Numbered from the stretch's first letter, positions 19,811 through 30,544 are shown. The stretch: DNA of 64,000 bases from Calditrichaceae bacterium (GCA_050173015.1 JBFXLE010000004.1:192001-256000); one strand, 5' to 3'. Numbers and translations are program-made. Notes: generated from the sequence alone by a model not told the origin.

Positions 19811-20327
19811 CTTCCACGTTATCAGCCGGCGCGTAAAGCTTCAGTTCCGCGCCGTCCCCCGGTAAACTGATCATTTTTTCAAATCTCATACCCAGCTTTT
19901 CAAGAACTTTGATCGATTTGTCATTGTCGCGCGTGGTGATGGCCACAATCCGCTCCAAACCAAAAACATCTTTTCCATAGGTTAACAGGGTGGAAGCCGA
20001 CTCGGTCGCGTATCCCTTACCGGTAAACGCCGGCATAAAGGCAAAACCGATGTCCACATCCGTCAGATAATCCCTTTTTATCAATCCGCACATCCCAATC
20101 GGGATACCGCTGTCTTTTAATCCGACCAGGTACAGCCCGAATCCAAACTGTTTATAGCTTTGAACCGGTCCGTTCAATATATAGTCACGCGCGTCATCAA
20201 GCGTACGCACACCCTTGTCACCGATATAACGCAGCCATGAAGGGTCATTGACGAGCTCAAGGATAAACGGAGCGTCCTCAACGGTAAGCTCCCGCAGCGC
20301 CAGCCTTTCAGTTTCAAGAATTGTCAT
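19788..20327 (-). CDS. GNAT N-acetyltransferase, RimJ/RimL family
   Basis: LETERL.LR, IGMCGL, DIGFAF..FTGKGYATE, N..SIKVLEKLGM. Confidence 0.9.
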   Translation of the reverse strand: MTILETERLALRELTVEDAPFILELVNDPSWLRYIGDKGVRTLDDARDYILNGPVQSYKQFGFGLYLVGLKDSGIPIGMCGLIKRDYLTDVDIGFAFMPAFTGKGYATESASTLLTYGKDVFGLERIVAITTRDNDKSIKVLEKLGMRFEKMISLPGDGAELKLYAPADNVEDKVGSRK

Positions 20328-20536
20328 GTAGAAAATCCATTCATTTTCTCTAAAATATATATAGTAATTTTAATACAACCGGCTTTCCCCCAAAAAACGG
20401 AAAGTTAAAAGTACACTCAAAATCATTTGAAGATAATCGTTTAGAAAGAATATTCCAAAGGATATTCCCGGTGATGATCATAAATTGATACCTTGTCGAG
20501 AATATTTGAGCCTCCGCAGAGCGCATCAGGCAATTT

Positions 20537-21283
20537 TCAGCGGGAAACACCAACCGCTTTTCCCAAATATGTGTTGTCCGATAACCGGTTTAGCATAAAA
20601 TCGGCCACATCCGCCCGTGAAATGCGCGCCGTCCAAAGGTAATTACCGATACCCGTACCATGCCGGTATTTACCGCTCCGTTTACCGTTGGTCAGCATGG
20701 AGGGACGGACGATTACCCATTCCGTAGCACTTTCCGAAATGATTCGTTCCTGACGGGTTTTATCCCAAAAATAGAAGGGCAGGATAAAAGGAATGACAAA
20801 AAAGGTGTAATACAATCCCATTCGTCCGGCGCTGGCGCCGATACCCAGGGATGTTTCGCAAATTAAGCGCTTTACTCCCGTTTTTTCCATAGCGCGGATA
20901 ATATTAGCGGTGCCTTCGGACAGAATGCGGGTCGGACCGAAAAACTGTTTATGGCCGAGAGCGGATACCACCGCGTCCTGACCTTGTACCGCCTTTTCAA
21001 TTGACCCGAAATCCAAAACATCTCCCTTTACCACCTGAAGTTGAGAATGTTTGATTTTGAATTTGTCAGGATTTCTTACCAATGCCGTGACGAAAAAACC
21101 TTTTTCAATGGCTTGCTCCACAAGTTGAAGACCGGTGCCGCCGGTCGCGCCGATGATCAGAATACGGTTTATTTTGTCACCGGCCGGGTGAGACGGGATG
21201 TCATTATCCTCACGAAGTCCGTTGTAAGCGAGCAGGGCAGTAAGGATGAGGGCATAAATAACAAGGATCGCTAACGTAATCAT
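20537..21283 (-). CDS. NAD(P)-binding atypical SDR (flavin/biliverdin reductase B-like) with N-terminal hydrophobic segment
   Basis: IIGATGGTG, ALVRNP, GDVLD, WVIVRP, ISRADVA. Confidence 0.85.
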   Translation of the reverse strand: MITLAILVIYALILTALLAYNGLREDNDIPSHPAGDKINRILIIGATGGTGLQLVEQAIEKGFFVTALVRNPDKFKIKHSQLQVVKGDVLDFGSIEKAVQGQDAVVSALGHKQFFGPTRILSEGTANIIRAMEKTGVKRLICETSLGIGASAGRMGLYYTFFVIPFILPFYFWDKTRQERIISESATEWVIVRPSMLTNGKRSGKYRHGTGIGNYLWTARISRADVADFMLNRLSDNTYLGKAVGVSR

Positions 21284-21740
21284 TGCAGTTACTCCATTTG
21301 ATTAAAAGGCGAATATTCAGGAAATTCAGCCAAAATATATTTAAATTTTAATTTGGAAATACGATAAATATTACTATTCGATCAAAAACAGCATCAAAAT
21401 GTTAGTTCACAACGGATTTCCCGGAAATAAAAATTGAAACCGGCTACAATCATAGATTAATCCTTATGGTTATAATAATGAATGTTTTTAAAATTGATGT
21501 TCTAAACCCTTATCAATTTGATCTTGATACGAAAAATGCAAAGGAAAGTTTAAAAATTTGATTTGGGAATATTCCGGGAATCATGAGAGTTTTTAAAAAG
21601 AATTTTTATTTTTAATCAGACCGTCGGGAAGCGCTGAAACCGCCTTTCTTTCGTATGACTTTTATGCAGTGGGGCAGAACTGTCACCGGTTCCGCTCATG
21701 GCTATAAATAGAATGACCGGATGATGAAAGGAAATTTACT

Positions 21741-22394
21741 ATGTTTATTGGACATTTTGGTGCCGGATTGGCAGCAAAGAAACTGGATAACAGACCATCT
21801 TTGGCTACCTTTTTCATGGCCGCGCAATTTATTGATCTGATCTGGCCAATATTTTTGTTGTTTGGGATAGAGCGTGTGGAAATTGATCCCGGAAATACCG
21901 CGTTTACGCCATTGAATTTTGTGTATTACCCGTTCACCCACAGTTTTCTCGGTGTGTTGTTCTGGGCTGTTCTTTTTGGGGGCGTGTACTACATTATTAA
22001 AAAAAATCAAAAAAGCGCCTTAATACTTGGCGGCTTGGTCATGAGTCACTGGGCGCTGGATTTATTGGTTCACCGTCCGGATCTTCCGTTATTTCCCTGG
22101 ACCGATTTGAAAGTTGGATTAGGTCTCTGGCAGTCAGTACTTCTGACGATTGTGGTAGAAGGATTAATCTTTTCCGCCGGTGTTTATTTTTATTTAAAAA
22201 CAACAAAAGCGGAGAATAAAAAGGGAGTGATCGGTTTCTGGAGTCTGATTGTATTTTTAGTGTTGGTTTATTTCATGAATGTCTTTGGCCCGCCACCGGA
22301 GACCGCGGAACCTATCGCCGTGCTGGGATTGTCACAATGGATACTGGTGGCCTGGACATATTGGATTGATAAAAACCGTAAAGTGATCAATTAA
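21741..22394 (+). CDS. Membrane-bound metal-dependent hydrolase family protein
   Basis: MFIGHF, AQFIDLIWP, YPFTHS, SHWALDLLVH.PDL. Confidence 0.8.
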   Translation: MFIGHFGAGLAAKKLDNRPSLATFFMAAQFIDLIWPIFLLFGIERVEIDPGNTAFTPLNFVYYPFTHSFLGVLFWAVLFGGVYYIIKKNQKSALILGGLVMSHWALDLLVHRPDLPLFPWTDLKVGLGLWQSVLLTIVVEGLIFSAGVYFYLKTTKAENKKGVIGFWSLIVFLVLVYFMNVFGPPPETAEPIAVLGLSQWILVAWTYWIDKNRKVIN

Positions 22395-22549
22395 ATTTTG
22401 TCTGCCGGAAACCTGTCATCACGGACAAATCTGTTAGGGTGTCATGTCTCGCGGGGAACTAAAACAGGCTTTCGAAGATTCCACGATGGGGGGGGCTCTC
22501 TTTTCGCCTGATCTAAATCAGGTGTTATGATGCACCGGTAATGAATTTG

Positions 22550-23155
22550 TTATTCAGCCAAATATTTTAAACTGGACAGTTCAGACAACTGATTCACTAA
22601 TTTATTCCTGGCAGAACCAATGGGTTCCTTTTCGAGTAAAATCCTGAGTTCGATGTTTCTTTCCCGGTATTTCCTGAATCTTTCTGATTCACAGGTTTGA
22701 GTCAGCCAGATTCTCGATTCATTATCCCATAATTTTTCATATTCAGGAGGAATATAATCGATATACAATTTATCTTCGGATGATGAATCATGATAAATAT
22801 CTTTTTGATCCTGAGCCTTCCCAAGAATGGCTGGAATTAGATACAAATTCAAAAGCATAGTCTGAATTAATTTGTTTTCAGCTTCTTTCAGCTTCCCTTT
22901 TTTAAAAAGGGTTAAGGACCAGCAAAGATATTGCAGAGGATCACCCACATCATCCGGGAAGTTTTTTTCAAACCAACGAAATGATTTTAATGCTGAATCT
23001 ACGTCATCCATCAATAGATACAACGGTCCAATCGTATATCTCAAACCGGCGCCGTCGATAAAATCTCCGTATGTCCTTTTTTCATAGCGCAGCGCTTTCT
23101 CATACCGGGATATCAATCCCTTTATACCCCTTGGAGTTTTTGGCATATCCGTCAT
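22550..23155 (-). CDS. Hypothetical protein (helical, TPR-like)
   Basis: 201-aa ORF with plausible composition; no recognised motif. Confidence 0.65.
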   Translation of the reverse strand: MTDMPKTPRGIKGLISRYEKALRYEKRTYGDFIDGAGLRYTIGPLYLLMDDVDSALKSFRWFEKNFPDDVGDPLQYLCWSLTLFKKGKLKEAENKLIQTMLLNLYLIPAILGKAQDQKDIYHDSSSEDKLYIDYIPPEYEKLWDNESRIWLTQTCESERFRKYRERNIELRILLEKEPIGSARNKLVNQLSELSSLKYLAE

Positions 23156-23399
23156 ATCAATTTTCCCGTTAGTGATATTCGTTTATTTTATCGGTTATAT
23201 CCAAGATAAAAATTTTTTGAATGCAATCAAACAAGAACCGAAGCATCAGGTAATTCTTTTATCAGCGGATTTACATCGAGCTTCGGTTCAGGCGGAGTGG
23301 ACCGGACGCTATGATCATCTACAAATGATCTACTGATCCGGGCGACGGTCTCTTAAATATTGATATTGAAAATACATTCTGTGTTTGCGTGTCGCCTTT

Positions 23400-23801
23400 T
23401 CATTTTAGTTTAGAATAAGGCGTGGATCGTAAGAATTTTGTAGTGATTTTTTTGGCGTACAAATCCAGCTTTTTGCTCATCACCTTCCATTCATCGCTGC
23501 CCAGCCATTTTATACGCGCCTTGTTGTAGGCCTCCATATTGACAAATTCCGCGACGAAAATCACCTGCTCAATATCTCCGACGATGGTCTGCCATACGAC
23601 CACAGGTTTGTATCCGTATCTGTCCATAGCGGGAGACATTTCCTTACCGTTAAAATCATGGAAGTCGGCAAGTTTACCCATGGATACATCGATCGTGACC
23701 ATCCAGTAAACTTTTTCGTCCATTTGCTGCCCGTAACCGTTGTACGGGTGAATCGATAACAAAGCGATAATTATAGCGATGATGATTAAGAACTTATGCA
23801 T
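23400..23801 (-). CDS. Secreted NIPSNAP-like dimeric alpha/beta barrel protein
   Basis: Signal peptide; GK..DF, WQTIVGD..Q, FL..TPYS.LK C-terminus; GGGGG RBS. Confidence 0.7.
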   Translation of the reverse strand: MHKFLIIIAIIIALLSIHPYNGYGQQMDEKVYWMVTIDVSMGKLADFHDFNGKEMSPAMDRYGYKPVVVWQTIVGDIEQVIFVAEFVNMEAYNKARIKWLGSDEWKVMSKKLDLYAKKITTKFLRSTPYSKLK

Positions 23802-24295
23802 TTTTCCCCCCTGGAAGTGTCTGTTATGCGTTCCCGGAATGATAAAAAAACATCCGGGATTGTTTAGTTAATTTCATTAAAAACGCTGAGAGATGCCCGG
23901 TCATATAGGCGGGATGTCCGGATGCGGGATTTGACTGGTCGGGAACATCATACGTTACCTCCTTTCCGGAATGCGGTACGGATCACCGGTTTTATTAAAT
24001 AGAGTGGTCATTGACAGATTGTGTCACATCAATATTTTTTTCACTGAAATCAATCCTCAGGATAGTCATATCCGTGAGTACATTTATGTTTTATGGAGTC
24101 AACCGCGCGGAATATGGTTAAAGTAAATCCATACTATATTTGGGGGGATTTTTAAACCGTTAACATAAAATAAAAGTCTGAATATTCCCGTATAAAAAAT
24201 AAAGCGCAATGGCGCGGGTACGGTAATGATATTTACCCGCGAGAGTAAATCTTTGGTATTTGTACTGTTTTTGTGTGATTTCGTTTATTACCGGT

Positions 24296-24700
24296 TTACC
24301 GCGGCATCCGGGCGGGATCCATCCAAAACACTTCCCAGATATGGCTGTCCGGATCTTCGAAAGCCCGTCCATACATGAAATCATGGTTTTCCGCTTCACG
24401 CTGTTCCTTCCCGCCGGCGGACAAGACCTTGCTCATAAACTGATCAACCTGTTCTCTGCTTTCAACCTGAAGCGCCAGAAGCATTTCAGTAGTATTTGCC
24501 GAATTTGCAATTTCCTTCCCGGTGAAGCGTCGGATGCTGTCATGAGTGTGAAGCATGGCATGGATGTGATCTGAAATCACAAGAGCTGCCGCCTGATCAT
24601 TTGAAAACTGCTTATTAAAAGATAAACCCAGCGCCTCAAAAAAAGTCACAGACCGTTTAAGATCCGCGACGGCTAGATTGATATATATGGCCTTTGGCAT
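24296..24700 (-). CDS. VOC/glyoxalase family protein
   Basis: Start MPKA after GGAG; INLAVADL.RS..FF..LG, FMYGRAFEDPD.HIWEV. Confidence 0.9.
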   Translation of the reverse strand: MPKAIYINLAVADLKRSVTFFEALGLSFNKQFSNDQAAALVISDHIHAMLHTHDSIRRFTGKEIANSANTTEMLLALQVESREQVDQFMSKVLSAGGKEQREAENHDFMYGRAFEDPDSHIWEVFWMDPARMPR

Positions 24701-24743
24701 GTATTTCTCCTTATTGGAAAAGATTGACAAATGAATTATCAAT

Positions 24744-25688
24744 TTATTCAAGAACTTCCACAAAGACAGGCGCCTGCTGATATTTATAAGAAGAATCCGT
24801 CAGGACGGTCATTTCTTTCGCGCGCCAGTCCATCAGAGCAATATGAAACTGAGATTCCGATAAATCGAATATCTCTACGGCCAGCCAGTTACCATCGCTG
24901 CTCCATTCATGCCAGCCCTCATTTACAGGATTGCCGGTCAGTTTCCACTGTTTTTCGCCGTCAGGGGTTACCGCGAACAGACTGTACTTACCTTTTTGTT
25001 GAGATTGATAACTGATAAAATTGTCCCTATTATTCCATTTTGGGGGCCCCGCTTTATAGGCGTACCACTTTGCGGTGGTGTCATTCGGAGGGTAATGGGT
25101 TAACCGGCGTAAGTCGGATCCGTCTTCATTGATGGAATAAAGTTCGTCAACAAATCCTTTTTCTCTTTTGGATTTTTTTATACTTCCTCTGAAAATAATT
25201 CTCGAGCCATCCGGCGAGAAAATGGGGTCACTGGCGAAGGCTAATCCGGTTTCCACCGTCTTCAGCTTTTTTCCGTCTAAATCCTGAATATAAAATACAG
25301 AATCTATTGATGGATGCGGGTTAACGATTATTTGAGTGCCATCGTAACGGCTTCCAAGCCAGCTGTCCCTGAGTTTTAAGTCCGAAATCTTTCTGACATT
25401 TTTGCCCTCAGCATCCATTTCATATAAAAAATAAGATCTATGGGTTGTGTCCCGGTCAGAGATAAAATAGAGTTTATCCTTCCAGGCATAATAAACCCAA
25501 TCGACACCTTCCCGATTTGAAATATTTTTTTTGTTATGGCCGTCCATATCCATGACAAATACTTCGTAATTATCTTTTTCCATATCATATAATACATTAT
25601 AGGCGATCTTATATTTTTTTTCGGACCGGCATCCGGAAACCGCGATCAATACCGCGGACATAATAATAAATAGTTTAAATTTCATCAC
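24744..25688 (-). CDS. TolB-like beta-propeller (PD40 repeat) lipoprotein
   Basis: Lipobox VSGC; PIFSPDG, WSSDG and MD.DG repeats. Confidence 0.8.
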   Translation of the reverse strand: MMKFKLFIIMSAVLIAVSGCRSEKKYKIAYNVLYDMEKDNYEVFVMDMDGHNKKNISNREGVDWVYYAWKDKLYFISDRDTTHRSYFLYEMDAEGKNVRKISDLKLRDSWLGSRYDGTQIIVNPHPSIDSVFYIQDLDGKKLKTVETGLAFASDPIFSPDGSRIIFRGSIKKSKREKGFVDELYSINEDGSDLRRLTHYPPNDTTAKWYAYKAGPPKWNNRDNFISYQSQQKGKYSLFAVTPDGEKQWKLTGNPVNEGWHEWSSDGNWLAVEIFDLSESQFHIALMDWRAKEMTVLTDSSYKYQQAPVFVEVLE

Positions 25689-25833
25689 TACAATTTCCCC
25701 ATGGTTAGATGAGTATTATTTTTAATCCGGAGTCAGAGAGATTTTTATAATTATCCGGTGGACGTGGGGAGAGGGTGAATGGTCCTCGCGGGAGACGGGA
25801 ATGCGGTTTTTCGCGATTCTGCAACCGGAGCCG

Positions 25834-26217
25834 CTAAACCTGATGAAGTTGAATGAGATTACCGCAGGTATCATTAAATATGGCGACGGACGCCCAATCC
25901 GTTTTTGTCGGTTTCATGGTAAATACGACTCCCCGTGAAATAAGCCTTTCGTATTCCTTTTGGATATCTTTCACGGCAAAAGAAGTTGCCGGTATGCCAT
26001 CTTTGAATATGGCTTTCTGATAGGTCTTTGCCGCGGGGTGAGCGTTTGGCTCCAGGACTAATTCCACGTCATCCGGTCCTTCCGGAGAAACGACGGTTAG
26101 CCAGCTGAATTCCCCAAAAGGCAGATCCGTTTTTTTTATAAATCCCAGAACTTCGGTATAAAATTGAAGCGCCTTTTTCTGATCGTTTACAAACACACTC
26201 ACCAATTGAATTTTCAT
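25834..26217 (-). CDS. VOC/glyoxalase family protein
   Basis: VNDQ.KAL.FYTEVLGF, WLTVVSP, DTCGNLIQL. Confidence 0.9.
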   Translation of the reverse strand: MKIQLVSVFVNDQKKALQFYTEVLGFIKKTDLPFGEFSWLTVVSPEGPDDVELVLEPNAHPAAKTYQKAIFKDGIPATSFAVKDIQKEYERLISRGVVFTMKPTKTDWASVAIFNDTCGNLIQLHQV

Positions 26218-26423
26218 GATTCCCCCGCCTTTTATAAATTCGCATCAGTTGCATTAACATTATAGCCTTCACAAAAGGACTTTACCGTCAAACGGGGAAG
26301 TCTGCCGCATACGATTGTAAAGGAGTCCCATTAACAAGCACCTGATGTTTGGGAAAAAAGTAAAATTATACTACTTCCTGATTTATTTAATTAAACAATT
26401 TTCTTCGACATAATATTTTCGTT

Positions 26424-27053
26424 TTAAAAATTTATGTCTTCTTTCTGCAAGCGTCTCAAAATGACACCGTCGGATACCTTAAATTCTGTACATATAACTC
26501 TGGAAATTGCTCCCATTAATAAATCATTATTTTCATCCCCAATAACTGAGCGATATTTTTCAATTTTATCCTTTTGATTTTGAATGGATCGTTTTAAAGC
26601 ATTTATTGGAACGAGTAATCTACCAGCAAACTCATATGCCTGCTGTTCAAAAAAGAATAAATCTTCTTCTTGCATATCTTCCCTGAAGTGCAACCAGTCA
26701 TTTTCGTTACGAAATTGACATTGTTGAATTTCTTTGGCATGGAGGACAAAATGTCCAACTTCATGTGCAAACGTAAATCTTAATCTATTTAAATATCGAT
26801 CATCGAAATACATATCCTGATCCACATAAATAGACTTAAGATCATTTGATAGAAACGCATCTACATCAATTGACTTTTGCATATTAGGGATTGGAATAGG
26901 AGTTATTTGTAATTTTAGTTCGACGATATCAATAATGGGTACAGGAATTATTTCTGGTGGATTTACAAACTCCTGCCTGAACTCTTCGGCTTTCGATCTA
27001 ATAAAGTTACGACAAAGTTTTTGCGGTCTTATGTAGTCCACCCATAACCTCAT
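26424..27053 (-). CDS. ImmA/IrrE family Zn metallopeptidase
   Basis: RLRFTFAHEVGH, EQQAYEFAGRLLVP. Confidence 0.9.
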   Translation of the reverse strand: MRLWVDYIRPQKLCRNFIRSKAEEFRQEFVNPPEIIPVPIIDIVELKLQITPIPIPNMQKSIDVDAFLSNDLKSIYVDQDMYFDDRYLNRLRFTFAHEVGHFVLHAKEIQQCQFRNENDWLHFREDMQEEDLFFFEQQAYEFAGRLLVPINALKRSIQNQKDKIEKYRSVIGDENNDLLMGAISRVICTEFKVSDGVILRRLQKEDINF

Positions 27054-27059
27054 AGATTG

Positions 27060-27425
27060 TTATTCATTTTCATCCGCCAGAATTTTTAAAATTTTTTCTA
27101 ATTCTTGTCTTGTTGGTTTTTCACCACGTAAAGTTCTAAAAAATATAGGCAATTTATCTAAAATTGTTTGATCAGAAACTAAATGTGCAGGAATTTGACT
27201 GATCGCTGCCAAGTCTAATAATGTCTGAAAGTCCTCTGAACCGGCCGTCATATTTAATGATTTTGCGATAGAAGTAAGAACTTGTCTGCTTTTAGGTGGT
27301 GATAAAATTCCACGTTCAATTTTGCTCCAATTGCTGGGATCTAATTTATTTATTCTGCAAAATTCTCTTAAAGTCATTTTTTGCTTAATCCGGTAATTCT
27401 TTACAAATTCACCAAAATTAACCAT
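27060..27425 (-). CDS. XRE-family HTH transcriptional regulator
   Basis: FGEFVK..R..TLREFC..DPSNWSKIERG..PP. Confidence 0.9.
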   Translation of the reverse strand: MVNFGEFVKNYRIKQKMTLREFCRINKLDPSNWSKIERGILSPPKSRQVLTSIAKSLNMTAGSEDFQTLLDLAAISQIPAHLVSDQTILDKLPIFFRTLRGEKPTRQELEKILKILADENE

Positions 27426-27455
27426 ACTTTACACCCCTTTTAATAAAGTACAATT

Positions 27456-27509
27456 GTGGTATGATTTTTACTACGTGGTAAATATATACCACACTAAATG
27501 TGATGTCAA
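27456..27509 (-). promoter_or_regulatory. Sigma-70 promoter of the XRE-ImmA pair overlapped by two palindromic operators
   Basis: TTGACA(27509-27504)-N17-TATATT(27486-27481); GTGGTA-N6-TACCAC 27475-27492 and GTGGTA-N7-TACTAC 27456-27474. Confidence 0.8.
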
Positions 27510-27651
27510 GAAAATTTTATAAATGTGTGAGATTTTGACAGAATTTGATTTTTTTAAACATCTTTATAACCCTTTAAAATTTTACAAGAAAAAAATTATA
27601 CTTTTGTTTTGCGTCTGAGTAGACAAAAGGGAAGAATTAAAATGGCGGCAT

Positions 27652-28947
27652 TTATGAATTTAGCCCGGTGCCGATCACATTCTTCACTGCCCGGTTCAAA
27701 CTGGTTTTTATTTTAGCCGGGGAGACTTTTTCAAATTGTATGGACTCACAAACGTTGAACCGCGCGAATTCCGCCAGCTTGTTTGCGAAAACGGCAAAAA
27801 ACTTATCATACTCGTTAAAATGGGGCTCAAAAACAAGATTTTGGATCAGAAGAGTTTTCTTCTTCCTGTCCGCTTTTGGATCCAGTCTCGCCACAAACCG
27901 TTCCCCGAAGAGAATGGGTAATGTGAAATAACCAAATTTTCTTTTCTTTTCGGGTAGATAGCATTCAAGGGTATAGTCAAATCCAAAAAGGCTTTTGAGT
28001 CTGTCCCGCTGAATAATCAGGTTATCAAACGGGGACAGCAGATGGATCCGCGGCGGATCTGATTGAAGATGGGCTGAATATTTTAGCGCGGCGGACTGCG
28101 CGTAGAATACACTGTTGTCGATTCCTTCAATTTTTATCGGGGTAATCTCTTTTTCTTCCAGCAAATGATTAATGGCGGTCTTCAAAACATCCTTATTCGC
28201 CACCTGAAGATCTGAGTCTCTGGATGTTTCCGGCTGAAGATATTTTTGTATTTCCCCGGCGTTGGCCACACCAAAGGCTGATAGCGCGCGTTTTACGAGA
28301 AACCGACCGAGTTCTTCTTTATCCGGCATCGTAACATTTAACGTTGACGGCAAAACCCGTTCGGTCAGATCATAAATTTTCTGAAAGTTTTTTCTTTCGG
28401 TAATCATAAGATCACCCCTCCAGAATAGCAGCTCAAGTGCGACTTTAGCGGGTTTCCAGTCCCACCAGGTTCCACCTTTTTTATCGGACGGATGAGAAAA
28501 ATCCTTCGAGCTCAGCGGTCCTTCATCGCGGATACGCTCCAGAACCGGTTGGAGCAAATGTCCGCTTTGTTGGAATTGATGTTTTGCCCATTTACTGGAT
28601 GGATTTTCAAAATTTTTCATCCTGGGTAAAAAAAAGCGGTAATCGGACATGGGGAGATAAGACATGGCGTGTCCCCAGTATTCAAAAACGGCCCGGTCAG
28701 TAGTCTGGAGATCATGGAGCATATTTTCATGATAATCTAAGGCGCGTGTCCAAAAGGTGTGATGATGAGCCCGCTTGATAATAGCGATGGTATCGATCTG
28801 AACATATCCGAGTTTATTGATGATATGAAGTATGCCCTGCCTGCCCTCGGGGAGCGTTTCCGCTCCGTCCAGTAGTTGGGATTTCAAAATCAAATTTCTG
28901 GCTTTTTCGAGTGGGATAGAAATTGTTTCCATGTTTACCCGGATCAT
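27652..28947 (-). CDS. ycaQ: YcaQ/AlkZ-family (HTH_42) crosslink-repair DNA glycosylase
   Basis: LGYVQIDTI (QxD), FEYWGH, WWDWKP.K, LLSPFDNL, RKFGYF.LPIL. Confidence 0.85.
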   Translation of the reverse strand: MIRVNMETISIPLEKARNLILKSQLLDGAETLPEGRQGILHIINKLGYVQIDTIAIIKRAHHHTFWTRALDYHENMLHDLQTTDRAVFEYWGHAMSYLPMSDYRFFLPRMKNFENPSSKWAKHQFQQSGHLLQPVLERIRDEGPLSSKDFSHPSDKKGGTWWDWKPAKVALELLFWRGDLMITERKNFQKIYDLTERVLPSTLNVTMPDKEELGRFLVKRALSAFGVANAGEIQKYLQPETSRDSDLQVANKDVLKTAINHLLEEKEITPIKIEGIDNSVFYAQSAALKYSAHLQSDPPRIHLLSPFDNLIIQRDRLKSLFGFDYTLECYLPEKKRKFGYFTLPILFGERFVARLDPKADRKKKTLLIQNLVFEPHFNEYDKFFAVFANKLAEFARFNVCESIQFEKVSPAKIKTSLNRAVKNVIGTGLNS

Positions 28948-29338
28948 TTTTGGAATTAATCATTTCAATGGATTATATCGCTCAAATATTTCGGAATGCC
29001 TGAGCAAATGATTCAATATTGCAAAATTTAAAATAAATTTGGCAAAAAAACCAAAAAAAAGGGCGTGATTAAATGCATGAAGTTCGATGATAAAATGACA
29101 GGGATGTATGAACGGGTGTTGTTAGACAACGCATACGAGCCGAATTAGCGAAACTGATTTTATGGGAGAAAACAGGGGATTCTGACCTGTCAAACAGAAT
29201 TCATAAAAGTTGTATTCAGCAAATCAATGATATTGTCAGAATCCCCGGACTAAAAAGTCAATAAAACGATCCACGAGTAAACACCAAAGTCCATTCGCAA
29301 ATTCTTAATGACCCGTTTTTGCGGGCAAAGCAATAATA

Positions 29339-29548
29339 TTATTCACGAAATTTAAAAGAAAGGCTGAGTTTTGTCCTGAAGGCCACGACTTTGCCTTTCT
29401 CAATTTTTACATCCTGGGCCATTACCTGAGCGATGCGAAGATCTTCCAGGGTTTGGCCGGCGCGTTCAACCGCTTTTTTTGCGGCGTCTTCCCAGGAAAC
29501 GGTGCTTGTCCCGACCACATCCACTACCTTATAAATACTGTCTGACAT
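29339..29548 (-). CDS. Dodecin family protein
   Basis: YKVVDVVGTS..SWEDAA..AV..A..TL.DLR, LSFK; GAGGAGG RBS. Confidence 0.9.
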   Translation of the reverse strand: MSDSIYKVVDVVGTSTVSWEDAAKKAVERAGQTLEDLRIAQVMAQDVKIEKGKVVAFRTKLSLSFKFRE

Positions 29549-29686
29549 AATAACCTCCTCATTTTGTTAGATGATAATTGATTTATGTTTTGCTGACCAG
29601 AGAATTCTATATTACTGTTTATCCCTTTTCAAGCAGGATCAATTTCAATTTCATCGGATATTGAGAGTATCAGGTGTAAATAATGG

Positions 29687-30220
29687 TTATTCAGACCGCG
29701 GAGTATTTCCTGTAAATTGAACCGGCAGATCGCGCCGTTCCGTCATAATCATGTGGAGAGGGGAAACACATGCATCGCACATGCCTAAAGGCTTAAGATC
29801 TCCGACGGGAACAAATAAAGTATCCGCGTAAATATAAATATTTTCAATCGACGGACTTTCATTGCCGCATCCCGAATATTTACAATAATCGCCCCAGAAT
29901 ACCCCGATGACCATATTGTTAGAAAAGTCGATGGATGGCGGCGGGGTTTTTTGACCGGTTCCGTCGAACGCGTTCCAGTAAAGATCCCAAAACCCGATCC
30001 AATCGTTGCTGTCCTTAAAAACACGGATACCGGGGTCTTTTACAAAAAATGTTCCGTACCCCTCAACATCCTGAAAACTAACCTGAATGGTATCTTCCGT
30101 ACTTATAAGGCGAATAGGTGGTTTTTCATTTTCTGCTTCAGATTCGTCGGTAATCTGTGTGCATGTGATTATGAGCGAGAGGGGTAGGATCACAGAAAGT
30201 ATATAAACAACTACTTTCAT
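29687..30220 (-). CDS. Exported protein/lipoprotein, PrcB C-terminal-like
   Basis: Signal with Cys; W...W, P.IDFS..MVI.VF.G. Confidence 0.55.
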   Translation of the reverse strand: MKVVVYILSVILPLSLIITCTQITDESEAENEKPPIRLISTEDTIQVSFQDVEGYGTFFVKDPGIRVFKDSNDWIGFWDLYWNAFDGTGQKTPPPSIDFSNNMVIGVFWGDYCKYSGCGNESPSIENIYIYADTLFVPVGDLKPLGMCDACVSPLHMIMTERRDLPVQFTGNTPRSE

Positions 30221-30483
30221 CTGGTTACTCCTAACTGTGTGTTTAGGAAATCATGCTGCTATACTTTACAAAAATATTTATCGGATAAACAAGAGATAAA
30301 AATTATTTTTGCGAATGAGGGGATTTTAAAGATGATGCTATAAGATGGGTTAAGGGTTAAGAGTTAAGGGTATAAGAGTTAAGAGAAAACCACGAAATGA
30401 AGTGAGTTGTTATAAGCGATTCGAACTTTACCGGGGCAGGCTCTATGATTGGAAGCCAATGTTAATCAAGTTGATATAAACTA

Positions 30484-30518
30484 AAATCCCCCGGCGGTTC
30501 AGGGACCACCGGGGGAAG
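30484..30518 (-). terminator. Rho-independent terminator after the DUF6448 gene
   Basis: tcccccgg...ccggggga stem followed by a T run on the minus strand. Confidence 0.6.
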
Positions 30519-30544
30519 TTATGTGATAACCGCGGCGCGGTTGA

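Noticed and set aside
23901-23951. 16-codon ORF with a GGAGG RBS upstream of the NIPSNAP-like gene
   Set aside because: Too short and featureless to support; could be a gene remnant.
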